Origin: Promethearchaeota archaeon
GTDB lineage: Archaea; Asgardarchaeota; Lokiarchaeia; Sigyniarchaeales; SOKP01
NCBI GenBank assembly: GCA_011364975.1
Contig: RDOE01000033.1
Coordinates: 1 to 36,876, forward strand
Reading direction: 5' to 3'
Length of the DNA stretch: 36,876 bases
The position numbers and the translations under genes are program-made. The notes below the pieces were generated by a model. That model saw only the letters and a program-made list of their open reading frames with translations, ran no database searches and had not been told where the DNA came from. Numbering within the stretch: the stretch's first letter is position 1; each line of letters opens with the position of its first letter. Shown here piece by piece: positions 9,732 through 20,580 of the stretch.

Positions 9732-11711
9732 CTACCTTTTTGGGATTTCATTATATTCCTTCAAACTTGGAAAATAATTTAGCTTTAAATGAGGAAAGTA
9801 CATAGATTCCGCATATTCTTTCTGAAAATTTTGCTGTACTGCTATTTCAACATAATTAATAGACTTTAACAATTGATGAGCTTTATCTCGTAAATCTCGA
9901 TTTAAAAGACAATTTTGAGCACCAATTCCAGCCGCATTTCCTATTTGCAGAATCTTTTCCTCAGATATATCGGGAATCATCCCAATAAATTTCGCATTAT
10001 TTTTATTGATATAGTTCCCAAATGCGCCCGCTAAGAAGATTTGACCAATTTTTAAATCGTTCTTCTGTAATTCATTTAGTTTTTGTAATATCAACCTAGT
10101 ACCACAAAAGAAAGCGCCTTTTGCCATTTGAAGCTCCCTAATATCATTCTGTGAGATAGTTATATTACGATGAAATGAGGTCTCTTCTTTTGATGCTATT
10201 ATAAACTCAAAACTTTTTTCTAAATTAATAAATCGTTCATGAGAAATAACTTGCTTATTAAATCCTCCACTTCTGGTAATTATTTTTGATCTTAACATTT
10301 CTGCAATTATATCTATCAATCCTGAGCCACAAATTCCAAGTGGTTCTTTATTATTAATGGTAGTATAAGAAACATCGAAGTTTTTCGGGTTTATATGGAC
10401 TGTATCTATTGCACCCGATGCAGCTCTCATCCCATGAGTGATATGAGCACCTTCAAGCGCAGATCCTGCAGCACACGAACCTGTCGCAATAATTTCCTTA
10501 TTTCCTATAATTATCTCTCCATTCGTGCCTACATCAATTGCTAAAGTTAATTCTGATTCCTTATCAATCTCAGATGATATTATCACTCCCATGGTATCAG
10601 CACCTACATAACCTGCTATTAAAGGAAGCATATATATATTCGCGTTTGGAAATATTTGTAATCCAACTTCTTTTGCGGGTAAATTAAGTCCTTTCTGAAC
10701 GCTTGGAACATAGGGACTTAATCCAATATAAGAAGGATCAATTCCTAAAAATAAATGATGCATTACGGAATTACCAACTATCACAGTCTCATATATTTGT
10801 TTTGGAGTGATTCCTGCACTCTTACAAGTAGATTCTATAATTTTATTTAAAGTATCTAACACAAGGTCTCTTAAATGTAATAATGATTCCTCACTATTTT
10901 TAACATATGTGATTCGAGAAACAACATCTTCACCGAAGGCGGTTTGAGGATTTAAGGCAGAATCTAAAGCGTAGATTTTACCGTTGATTAAATTAATAAG
11001 GTATCCTACTATTGTTGTAGTACCTATATCAAAAGCAATTCCAAAGCTTTCTTGAGTTTTATCCCCCGCTTCACAATCTATTATTTTAGAATCATTCCAT
11101 AGAGTAAGTGTTATCTTATGGTCTTGTTCTCTTAGAATATTGGGTAATTTTTTCAATGCATCATACTCAATTTCAAATGTGAAAGGAATATCATCATCCT
11201 TAATGATACTACCACTAAGAGAAGCTATAATTCTTTCTAAATCCGCAACAGGTTCTGTTAAATTTGGTTTGCGAACGTTAAGATATTTCTTAATAATTGA
11301 AGGTTTTAAGTTTACTCCCTTATTTACTCCAGAGGTTAATATTTTAAAATTCTCGATTAAAAGTTCTTCGGGTAAGAAAATCTTTACTTGAGGGATTATA
11401 CTTTCTTCTACAAGCTTAGGAGGATTATCTCCAATAATGCACTGGCAAGCTAATCTATAATTTTGATTTATCTCTTTTTGAGTAAGCAATGCTTTTTCAA
11501 TGCTTGTAGATGGATTTAAAATAGTAAAACCTTGCTGGATTATGATTTTACATTTTCCACACTTACCTTGACCACCGCAGAGAGAAGTTATACGAATTCC
11601 TGAATTAATTAAAATTTGATAGAAATTTTGTTTTTCTTGTATAAGAACTCTACGAGAAATAGGTTCAAAGTCAACAATAGCCAGAGGTTTTTTTATTTCC
11701 ATATATTTCAC
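9732..11711 (-). CDS. ATP-dependent reductive activator of corrinoid proteins (RACo/AcsV-like, ASKHA, N-terminal 2Fe-2S)
   Basis: CGGQGKCGKC...RLACQ ferredoxin, FDIGTTT, GEDVVSRI, IDVGTNGE, SCAAGSALEG, GICGSG, LAGAFG, GNAAG. Confidence 0.92.
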   Translation of the reverse strand: MKYMEIKKPLAIVDFEPISRRVLIQEKQNFYQILINSGIRITSLCGGQGKCGKCKIIIQQGFTILNPSTSIEKALLTQKEINQNYRLACQCIIGDNPPKLVEESIIPQVKIFLPEELLIENFKILTSGVNKGVNLKPSIIKKYLNVRKPNLTEPVADLERIIASLSGSIIKDDDIPFTFEIEYDALKKLPNILREQDHKITLTLWNDSKIIDCEAGDKTQESFGIAFDIGTTTIVGYLINLINGKIYALDSALNPQTAFGEDVVSRITYVKNSEESLLHLRDLVLDTLNKIIESTCKSAGITPKQIYETVIVGNSVMHHLFLGIDPSYIGLSPYVPSVQKGLNLPAKEVGLQIFPNANIYMLPLIAGYVGADTMGVIISSEIDKESELTLAIDVGTNGEIIIGNKEIIATGSCAAGSALEGAHITHGMRAASGAIDTVHINPKNFDVSYTTINNKEPLGICGSGLIDIIAEMLRSKIITRSGGFNKQVISHERFINLEKSFEFIIASKEETSFHRNITISQNDIRELQMAKGAFFCGTRLILQKLNELQKNDLKIGQIFLAGAFGNYINKNNAKFIGMIPDISEEKILQIGNAAGIGAQNCLLNRDLRDKAHQLLKSINYVEIAVQQNFQKEYAESMYFPHLKLNYFPSLKEYNEIPKR

Positions 11712-11908
11712 AATTAATCCTAATTGAAGAAAAAAGGTATGTGTTTTTAATTTAAACGCAAAAAATCATATTATTCCAGTAAATCTCAATAATAGTGTTA
11801 ATTATCAAAATATAAAAAATTTAATTAATAAATTAGTTTAACTTATTGTAAGACATAAGAATGATATCAACTATTTTCTTATTTGTAATTCAAATAAATT
11901 AAGCATAC

Positions 11909-14900
11909 GTGAATATATTGATAGAGAGAAACGAAAACTTAGCAAAAGAAGCAGTGCAATATATTGAACTAGCCCAAAAGTTTGAAGAGGAAAACGATTA
12001 CGAAAAGGCAATTTATAATTACCAACTAGCTGCCGATTGTCTCAAAAGGAGTGGGTATTTGATGGAAAGGGTTGATGATATATATGCTAGAATTGAAACC
12101 TTAAAAATAGGTAAGAAAAAAGAGCAGGTATATCAACATCAACAAATCAAAGCTCAAATTAATCAATTATCGGAACAGGCTTTCTCTCTTGTAGAAATTG
12201 CACAGCAACTCGAAAATGAGAATCGAATCGAAGAGGCAATTAATCAATATACAGCTGCAATCAAAATATTCTTGCAAGCTGGTTGGACTGATTTTCAATT
12301 ACAAAATCTTAGAGATAAAGTATTAGAGCTGAGTAAGAAACCAAAACAAGTAACTCCGATCCAACGTATAACAAATCAAGAAGATACTTTACCTATATCA
12401 CTTTCAGAGCCATCTGATATTCAAGTTGTTGATGCTTTTGGAACCAAAAAGAGTATTGAGAAAACAGAAGAGTTAAGTAAATATTTAGACTTTAAAAAAA
12501 AGGAGGAGCAAATTCAAAATGATGCTTTTGCATTTATAGATAATGCAAAATTCTTTGAAAAGGATAAAAATTATGATAAAGCGATTGAAAATTATCAAAA
12601 AGCTATTGAATTATTAAATCAAATCGGTTGGCAAGAACAAACGAAAAATTTCCAATATGTTATCCAGCAGTTGCAGGGACAAAAATACAGATATGAAAGA
12701 CTTGAACAACAACGTCAGATTGAGAAGAGTCAGATTTATGAAAAACCAGAAAAACAAAAAGAAGGAAAATTAGAACGCTTAAAAGTAATTGAGCAAGGAG
12801 AATCAAAAATTAAAGAAGAAAGAATCCAAAACGAAGCATTTAATCTAATTGATATTGGAAAAAAGTACGATCGTGAGAAACAATATGAAAAAGCACTAGA
12901 ATCGTTTAATAAAGCTATAGAATTATTTAAATCTATCGAATGGGATGCATACATTCAACCAATCATTAATTTCATTAATGATGTTAAAGAAAAGCAAGAG
13001 AAAGAAAAAGGTTTAGATGTCATTGCCAAGAAACGCGAAACTAAACTAAGGAATCTACAAGATTCTATATTTATCAAACAAAGAGAGGAATTTGTTCAAA
13101 CTGCTCGGGAAATTGAGAAAAGAAGGCTGGAATATGAGAAAGAAAAACTAGAGATCAAAAGAAAAGAAGGCATCTTTTTTTCAAAATTGAGTGAAGCTGA
13201 TGAGATTTTAAAAGGAGGTAAAGATTTAGAAACTGCAATTATAAAATACCAAGAGGCATTGGAGCACCTTAAAAATCTTGGACCAGGGTGGGAACCTTAT
13301 ATTGATACACTCAATGCAACAATTTTGAGTATTAAGAAGTTAAAAGAGGACCAAACTAATTGGTTACTAAAATATCAGAAAAAAACAGATCAATATAAAA
13401 CGGCTGATTTAGAATTCCAAGAGTATATCTCAAAAGAGTTAGACAAAGAACGGGTGAAAATTAAACAAAGAGATTTAGATTTAGAACTTAGGAGAGATGA
13501 ATTAGAATATCGAGAACAAAGGAAAAATGCTGCTTTTAAAGCTTTAGAAGAAGCTCAAGATTATATTAATAAAAAGGATTATGATAATGCGATTTTGGCT
13601 TATCAATCAGCAGGTAGTATATTTGCAGGGATACAATGGGAGGATGAAATTCATCTAATTGAAAATGCTATAAATGAACTGGAAGAAAGAAAGCGAAGTG
13701 ATATAGAACTAAAACAAAGGGAATTAAAAAAATCTATAGAACGCCAAAAAGCTGACATGCAATTCCAAGATCAAATCTCAAGTATGTTAAAAGAGGAAAG
13801 GGAGAAATTGCATCAGAGTGAAATTAAGTTACGTGAACGAGAACAAGAGTTAGATTACAGAGAAAAGGAGAAGGAGAAAGCTTTTGAGATTTTAGATTCT
13901 GCTCAAGATGAGTTACAAAAAGGTGATTATGACAAAACGATTGAATCATATCAAAATGCTATGAACATCTTTGCTGAGATTCAATGGTATGATGAAGTGG
14001 AACTAATAGGAAAATCGATATTAGAAATTAGAAATAGAAAACGGGAAGCAGAGATAAAGACTCAAAGGGACCTTCAGTTGATGTTAAAAAAAGAACAAGA
14101 GGATAATGAATTTCATCAAAAAATCGTTAATGAAATGAAAATTCAAAAACAAAAATTACAACAAAAACAATTAATATTACAAGATCGAGAAAAAGAATTA
14201 GAACTTAGAGCACAACGGAAGGAAGATGCGTTCAGAATAATTGATGAAGCCCAAAATTATTTATCTTTAGGAAAATTTGACATGTCTATTGAGAGTTATA
14301 GGAAAGTAGCAGAGATTTTTTCTCAAATTCACTGGGATGATGAATTAAATTTAATTATGCAGGCTATAAGAGATATAGAAATTAAGAAAAAAGAGAATGA
14401 ATTATGGAAAGAAAAGTCTATCCAAGAAGCGATGGAGAGAGAAATAGCATACCAACGATTTTTGGACCAAATAAAACATCAAAGAGAACTCGAAAAAATC
14501 AAGGTTGATAAAGAAAAGGAACTTCTTGAACAGAAGAAGAAGCTTACAGAAGCGAATGTAATTAGACAAGAAAAAGTTTTAAACGAAATAGAAAATGCAG
14601 ATATCCTAATCAACCAAGAACACTACGATGAGGCAATTAAAATTTATGAAAAAAGCCTAATAGAGATGCAGGATCTTGGTTGGACCGAAAGTTACCTTAA
14701 ATTACTCGAAGAAACTCTCCAATCAATTATTATAAGAAAGAAAGAAAAAGAAACTGAGTTAGAACGGCAAAAAGCAATTCAACAACAACAAAAAGAGGAA
14801 GAAGAACGATTTTATAAAAAAATTGAACAACAAATGTTAAGAGAACAAAAAAGACTTGAACAAAAAGCTATCAAGATTCAAGAAAAAGAAGTATTAAAGG

Positions 14901-17900
14901 AACGTATGGAAGAACGTAGAGCAGAAGCTTTTGAACTAATGAATAATGCTGAAATTTTTCTGAGTAAGAGTGAATATGATCAGGCAATTGATGCTTATAG
15001 ACAAGCAGAACAAAATTTAAGTGAAATTCGATTCCCGACAGATTCCATAAGAGAAATGATTTTGAAAATTCAAGAGAAAAAAAGAGAAAAGAGTATCGAA
15101 CAACAAAAAGAGTTAGTGACGAAATTACTAAAACAAAAAGAAGAGGCCCAATTTAGAGCGCAAATTGCAGAGAAAATACGATCAGATGAGCAAAAACTAA
15201 AGATGAAGCAAATACAGGTTCAGCAACAAGCAATTCGTAAAATTGAGTTGGAAGAGTCCAAAAAAGAAGCATTTGGTCTTTTAGAAGACGCTGAAAAACT
15301 TACAAATTTAGGAAACTATGATGAAGCTTTGAATTTATATTATAAGGCAGAATTAAAATTATCTGAAATCCAATTTCCTACTGATGTAATTAAGGAAATG
15401 AAATTTAAAATTCAGAATAAAATTAGGGAAAGAGAGATTTCTAAACAGAAAGAATTAGAAAGTGCCTTGGAACGTGAAAAAGAAGAAAGACAATATCAGC
15501 AACATATGAATGAACTAATTACACAAGAAAAACAACGCCTGAAAGCTAAAGATATAAAGATGGGTGAAAAAGCAAAGAAGAAGGCAGAGATTGAGGCAAA
15601 ACGTGATAATGGATTCATAATATTAGATGATGCTCAAGATAAGTTAAAAAATAAGGATTTTGGGGGTGCTATTAAAGCATATCAAGATGCAATTTCAATC
15701 TTTACAGAGATAGGATGGGACAACGAAATTTCTCTGATTCAAACTTCAATAAGAGAAATACAATTGAGACGTAGAGCCCATCAAACTCATTTAGAAAGCG
15801 AGAAAAAGAAACAAATAGAAAAAGAAGAAGAGGAGAAACAGTTTGCTGAAGAATTATCACGTCAATTAAGAAGAGAACGGGAAAAACTTAATCAAGAACA
15901 GCTAAAATTGAGAGAGTATGAAAAAGAGTTAAAGTATAGAGAAGAAAGAAAAGATGAAGCCTTTGTCTTACTTGATCAGGCAAGAACCCTAATAGATGAG
16001 GGAAATGATGAAAAAGCTATTGAACTATACTATGAAGTAGAAAAAATTTTCGCGGAAATTCAATGGGATGATGAAATTCAAATTATTCATAATTCAATTA
16101 TAGATATTCAAAATAGAAGAACAGAAGCCCAAATTGCAAAGCAAAGAGAAATTGAAGAAAACCTTAATCGAGAGAAGGAGGAGTTAGCTTTTCAATATTT
16201 ATTGTTACATTTAACTAATGTTGAAAGACAGAATTTAGAACGCCAAGAGATTGAACTCAAAGAGAAAGAATTAGAATTGCAACACATAGATGACAGAAGA
16301 CAGGAGGCATTTAATCAACTCGATAGAGCACAGAGTTTAATATCTGAAGGAAAATTAGATGAAGCTCAAAATTATTATTATAATGTCATCAATATCTTTG
16401 CAGAGATTCAATGGAATGATGAAATACCGCTTATTCAGCAAGCAATTAGAGAGCTTGATCATAAAAAGAGGGAGACCGACTTTCTCAAACAAAAACAATT
16501 AGAAAAGGCAATAAGTGAAGAAAAGGTTAATAATGAATTCCTCCAACAAATTAAACGTTTGAGAGATGATGAAACTAGGAACATTATTAAAGAAAGAGAA
16601 AAACTCGAAAAGGTAAAAGAATTTTCAGTACAAGCTAAACAAAAGCAGGAACAAGCCTTCAATATGATTGAACAGGCAGAACTGCTATTGAGTCATGAAA
16701 ATTTTGATAATGCATTAACAGAATACCAAAAAGCAATTGATTTATTGAAAGATATAGGTTGGAGTGAATCATATCTAAAATTATTGGAAGAAACCGCTTT
16801 TGAGATAAGTAATAAAAAAATCGAAAAAGAGAGGAGAATAGCAAAAGAAAAAGAAATACAAAGAAAAAAAATAGAAGAAGAAAAAGAATTTGAGAAGAAT
16901 TTAGCCCAACAGATGAAAAATGAGCGTAGAAGATTACAACAAAAAGAATTAAAACTTAAGCAACAAGAAGATTTGAAGGAATTTTTAGAAAATCGAAAAA
17001 TTGAAGCCTTTAATCTCATAGACCGTGCTGAAATCTTATTAAAACAAGGATTATATGATCAAGCGATTGAAGAATACTTTCAAGCAGAGTTAATTTTAAG
17101 TGAAATTCAATTCCCGACTGATGCAATAAAAGAAATGATATTAAAGGTCCAGGAGAAGAGGAGGGAATATAACTTGATGAAACAACAAGAGTTGGAAATG
17201 AAACTCAAAAGAGAGCAAGAAGAAACTTTATTTTTTCAAAAGATTGCTGAAAATATGCGTATTCAAGAACAAAATATGAGATCAAAACAAATCAAATTGA
17301 AAAAGCGGGAAGATTTAAAAGATTATTTAGAACAAAGAAAAGACGATGCTTTTGATCTCTTGGATCAGGCTGAGCTTTATGTTAAAAAAGCGGATTATAA
17401 CAAGGCTTTAGAGTTCTATAGAAGTGCTGAATTGATTTTAAATGAAATTCAATATCCTACCGATTCTGTAGAGGAAACTATTTTAAAAATTAATGAAAAG
17501 AAAAGAGAGCAAGATTTACAAAAACAGATGGAATTAGAGCATAAGATTCAAAAAGAAAGAGAAGAAAAAGAATTTCAAATGAAAGTAGTTGAAAGTTTAA
17601 TAAAAGAGAAAGAAAGAATTAGAAAGAAAGAAGTTAGAGTTGAAAAACTAGCGCAATTACGTGAAAGGGCAGAGAGAAAAAAAGAAGAAGCTTTTTCTAT
17701 ATTAGAGGAAGCGGAATCATTTACAAAGAAGGCAGATTATGATAAAGCAATCGAAAAATATAGGAAAGCAATGATGATTTTAGATGAAATCCAATATCCA
17801 ACTGATTCAATCAATTCAATGATTATTAAAGTGACTAGTTTGAAAGGTCGATATGAATTAGAGAAAGAATTATCCTTGCAAAGAGAGCTTGAAAAGTTGG

Positions 17901-18958
17901 AGGAGGAACGACAATTACAAAAAATTATCGAAGAAAGAAAAAAACAAGAAAAAGAGAAAAAAGCTGCCCAACAACTTGCACTTCAAGAAAAAGAGCGGTT
18001 AATTCAAGACCAAATGACATATCGAGAAGCTGCTTATGCATTATTAGAAGAAGGAGGGCGAAATTTAAAACGAAGACTTCCTGCATATGATAAAGCAATT
18101 TCATTATATATCCAAGCCAGGGATTTACTTGCTGAAAAGATAGGATGGGAGCCAGAAATAAATAATTTAAACCAATTAATTAATGACTTAATTAAAGAAA
18201 AGGAAGCATTTTTAGAAAAACAGCAATTGGAAGAAGAGTTAAGGATTAAAAGACAAAAAGAATACGAACTATTTCAGCAAGATATTAGAAACAGGCGTTT
18301 AGAATATGAAAAGCAACAAAGAGAACAAAAACTAAAGTTTAAGCAATTATATGAAACTCAACAATATATTGATCAACAACGCGAAGATGGATTGAATTTG
18401 ATTGATGAAGCAAAACGCGCTATTAATCTTAGGGATTTTAAGACATCATATGCAAAATTTGAAAAAGCGATTGATTTATTTAATGAAATTGGATGGGAAG
18501 ATCAAGCAAAATATATCAAAAACGAAATAAGCAACACTAAAAAGATCGAACAAAAGATTCTTCAAGAAGAAGAGAGAATAAAGAAGATTCATCAAGAGTT
18601 AGAAGAGAAAAAACAGATAGAAGAGCGCAAAAAAAGGGAAGAAGAAGCTAAATTAAAAGAAATGGTTGGCGAAGTTGGAGATCTTACATCGGAAATCTCC
18701 CAATTAATAACACAGAGAAGAAAAGAAGAAGAGAAGGAAAAAAAGAAAGAAAAGGAGAAGATTAAAACTGAAGCGGGATTATTCAAGAAGGATATGACTG
18801 ATTTACTCGACTTAAAGCGAGAAATTATGAATGAAGTAGACCAATCTAAGAAAGACCTGAATAAACGAGCCGAACAACTCCAGTATGAGAAAGATAAGAA
18901 AAAGGCTGATGAAATCAAAGATATGCTCAAAAAAATCGCTAAGGAGAAGAAAAAATAG
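11909..18958 (+). CDS. Giant (2349 aa) helical repeat protein: 20 TPR/MIT-like bundles separated by long E/K/Q/R-rich helices
   Basis: Motif AFxxxxxAxxxxxxxxYDxAIxxYxxAxxIFxEIxW (or EIQF/YP) counted 20 times, mostly at 114-117 aa spacing. Confidence 0.85.
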   Translation: MNILIERNENLAKEAVQYIELAQKFEEENDYEKAIYNYQLAADCLKRSGYLMERVDDIYARIETLKIGKKKEQVYQHQQIKAQINQLSEQAFSLVEIAQQLENENRIEEAINQYTAAIKIFLQAGWTDFQLQNLRDKVLELSKKPKQVTPIQRITNQEDTLPISLSEPSDIQVVDAFGTKKSIEKTEELSKYLDFKKKEEQIQNDAFAFIDNAKFFEKDKNYDKAIENYQKAIELLNQIGWQEQTKNFQYVIQQLQGQKYRYERLEQQRQIEKSQIYEKPEKQKEGKLERLKVIEQGESKIKEERIQNEAFNLIDIGKKYDREKQYEKALESFNKAIELFKSIEWDAYIQPIINFINDVKEKQEKEKGLDVIAKKRETKLRNLQDSIFIKQREEFVQTAREIEKRRLEYEKEKLEIKRKEGIFFSKLSEADEILKGGKDLETAIIKYQEALEHLKNLGPGWEPYIDTLNATILSIKKLKEDQTNWLLKYQKKTDQYKTADLEFQEYISKELDKERVKIKQRDLDLELRRDELEYREQRKNAAFKALEEAQDYINKKDYDNAILAYQSAGSIFAGIQWEDEIHLIENAINELEERKRSDIELKQRELKKSIERQKADMQFQDQISSMLKEEREKLHQSEIKLREREQELDYREKEKEKAFEILDSAQDELQKGDYDKTIESYQNAMNIFAEIQWYDEVELIGKSILEIRNRKREAEIKTQRDLQLMLKKEQEDNEFHQKIVNEMKIQKQKLQQKQLILQDREKELELRAQRKEDAFRIIDEAQNYLSLGKFDMSIESYRKVAEIFSQIHWDDELNLIMQAIRDIEIKKKENELWKEKSIQEAMEREIAYQRFLDQIKHQRELEKIKVDKEKELLEQKKKLTEANVIRQEKVLNEIENADILINQEHYDEAIKIYEKSLIEMQDLGWTESYLKLLEETLQSIIIRKKEKETELERQKAIQQQQKEEEERFYKKIEQQMLREQKRLEQKAIKIQEKEVLKERMEERRAEAFELMNNAEIFLSKSEYDQAIDAYRQAEQNLSEIRFPTDSIREMILKIQEKKREKSIEQQKELVTKLLKQKEEAQFRAQIAEKIRSDEQKLKMKQIQVQQQAIRKIELEESKKEAFGLLEDAEKLTNLGNYDEALNLYYKAELKLSEIQFPTDVIKEMKFKIQNKIREREISKQKELESALEREKEERQYQQHMNELITQEKQRLKAKDIKMGEKAKKKAEIEAKRDNGFIILDDAQDKLKNKDFGGAIKAYQDAISIFTEIGWDNEISLIQTSIREIQLRRRAHQTHLESEKKKQIEKEEEEKQFAEELSRQLRREREKLNQEQLKLREYEKELKYREERKDEAFVLLDQARTLIDEGNDEKAIELYYEVEKIFAEIQWDDEIQIIHNSIIDIQNRRTEAQIAKQREIEENLNREKEELAFQYLLLHLTNVERQNLERQEIELKEKELELQHIDDRRQEAFNQLDRAQSLISEGKLDEAQNYYYNVINIFAEIQWNDEIPLIQQAIRELDHKKRETDFLKQKQLEKAISEEKVNNEFLQQIKRLRDDETRNIIKEREKLEKVKEFSVQAKQKQEQAFNMIEQAELLLSHENFDNALTEYQKAIDLLKDIGWSESYLKLLEETAFEISNKKIEKERRIAKEKEIQRKKIEEEKEFEKNLAQQMKNERRRLQQKELKLKQQEDLKEFLENRKIEAFNLIDRAEILLKQGLYDQAIEEYFQAELILSEIQFPTDAIKEMILKVQEKRREYNLMKQQELEMKLKREQEETLFFQKIAENMRIQEQNMRSKQIKLKKREDLKDYLEQRKDDAFDLLDQAELYVKKADYNKALEFYRSAELILNEIQYPTDSVEETILKINEKKREQDLQKQMELEHKIQKEREEKEFQMKVVESLIKEKERIRKKEVRVEKLAQLRERAERKKEEAFSILEEAESFTKKADYDKAIEKYRKAMMILDEIQYPTDSINSMIIKVTSLKGRYELEKELSLQRELEKLEEERQLQKIIEERKKQEKEKKAAQQLALQEKERLIQDQMTYREAAYALLEEGGRNLKRRLPAYDKAISLYIQARDLLAEKIGWEPEINNLNQLINDLIKEKEAFLEKQQLEEELRIKRQKEYELFQQDIRNRRLEYEKQQREQKLKFKQLYETQQYIDQQREDGLNLIDEAKRAINLRDFKTSYAKFEKAIDLFNEIGWEDQAKYIKNEISNTKKIEQKILQEEERIKKIHQELEEKKQIEERKKREEEAKLKEMVGEVGDLTSEISQLITQRRKEEEKEKKKEKEKIKTEAGLFKKDMTDLLDLKREIMNEVDQSKKDLNKRAEQLQYEKDKKKADEIKDMLKKIAKEKKK

Positions 18959-18970
18959 AATCTATTTTTT

Positions 18971-20515
18971 TCACAACATATAACTCTTTTTAAAATTTCT
19001 TGATAAATTCAAGACATAAATTAAAGTAATTATATTAATTAAACCAAAAATTACAATAACTAAATTTCTATATTCAAATACCATTCTGATTAGGAATTGT
19101 CCATTAGTTCCTTGAGTTAATTTTACTACTAAATAAAAATCGCTTATTTTATCAACTAAGATTCCCATTCTTTTTTGAGGAATATTACCTACTAAAGGGT
19201 TAATTGTATTAGTCAGTAAAATGGGTTCACCATAGCTATCAGGTTTATTGTTAAATAAATACATTTCGGCAGAAATATCACTGATTTTCTCAATTTCAAA
19301 GAAATAATGATTCGGTCTTAACTTTATAGGAAGACAAAAAACTGATTTGGTTTGATTTAGATTCACTAAGAAATTTGTAGTGATATTTAACATAATAGGA
19401 TTATTTAATGCATCTAATGCAGCATAGCCTTGGATAATGCCCCATCCTTGTATATTATCCTTAATATTCAATGGATTTATTGTTCTAATTGATGTCAAAG
19501 AGATTATACTTTTTAATTGCAATGGATCTAATCTTGGATTTTTTTCCAACATCAAAGCAGCTAATCCTGCAACAAATGGAGTTGCTCCTGAGGTTCCCGA
19601 TCTAAAACTATAATCGGTATTATAGTTTTTATTTGCACCATAAATACTAATTGCTGGAGCACAAACGTCTGGTTTTATGGTCCCTTCAAAGCTGGGCCCC
19701 TTAGCGCTATTAGGATACATATTACCGAAATAATCTACACCTCCTACCGCTAATACTTTTCTTTCGGAAGCTGGGGCATTGATTGTTCCATCTCCATAAG
19801 ATTTTGTAGGATCTCCATCATTACCTGCTGCTGCAACCACTAAAATACCCTCATCTACTAATTCGGCAACCATATCCTGTATTTTTGAAATATCGCCTAC
19901 ATTGTTTGCCTCTGGTTTAGCTCCAAAGCTCATGCTAACAATTCTGATATTGAAAGTATTCTTGTTTGATAATATCCAATTGACTGCTCTTAAAAGCATG
20001 GAAGAATTAGTTTCTCCGCTATAATCAAATATTTTTAATATTACAAATGACACATTCGTCGCTACTCCATGATATTCACTACTTTTACCACCTAAAATAG
20101 AGGCTGCCCATGTTCCATGACCATGATCATCAAATGGTACTGTTGTGTGGTTTGCTATTGCGTCATAAAATGCTATGATTCGGTTTGACCAATTATGAGT
20201 ACCATCATTAGTAAATACACTATGATTAGCATAAATACCTGTATCTAGAATTGCAACAGTAATATTATATCCAGTGTAAGTATTATCCCAAACATTTTGA
20301 GCTAGACCTATATAATCGCTAGCATTAAAGGAGGCAGATAAATGAAGATCTTTAGTTAAATGAGGGTAAAAAGTAGGAGTTAATAATTGATTTGAGGGAT
20401 AGAGTTGATAGTTTATTGGCTCATAACTTTCTAGATCTAAAGGAATCACTTGTAAGAACGGGATAAGGCAAAAAAAAAATATTAAAATTAGTCGTTTTTT
20501 CAAAAAGAAACACAT
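18971..20515 (-). CDS. Secreted, C-terminally anchored subtilisin-family (S8) serine protease
   Basis: Triad ILDTG, HGHGT, SGTSGATP; oxyanion AAGN; N-terminal signal-like helix; C-terminal TM followed by a basic tail. Confidence 0.92.
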   Translation of the reverse strand: MCFFLKKRLILIFFFCLIPFLQVIPLDLESYEPINYQLYPSNQLLTPTFYPHLTKDLHLSASFNASDYIGLAQNVWDNTYTGYNITVAILDTGIYANHSVFTNDGTHNWSNRIIAFYDAIANHTTVPFDDHGHGTWAASILGGKSSEYHGVATNVSFVILKIFDYSGETNSSMLLRAVNWILSNKNTFNIRIVSMSFGAKPEANNVGDISKIQDMVAELVDEGILVVAAAGNDGDPTKSYGDGTINAPASERKVLAVGGVDYFGNMYPNSAKGPSFEGTIKPDVCAPAISIYGANKNYNTDYSFRSGTSGATPFVAGLAALMLEKNPRLDPLQLKSIISLTSIRTINPLNIKDNIQGWGIIQGYAALDALNNPIMLNITTNFLVNLNQTKSVFCLPIKLRPNHYFFEIEKISDISAEMYLFNNKPDSYGEPILLTNTINPLVGNIPQKRMGILVDKISDFYLVVKLTQGTNGQFLIRMVFEYRNLVIVIFGLINIITLIYVLNLSRNFKKSYML

Positions 20516-20580
20516 AAAGACTTTAAATTTATATGAGTCATTTGTATTATATAATATTATAACTTTTAGGGATATTTAAA

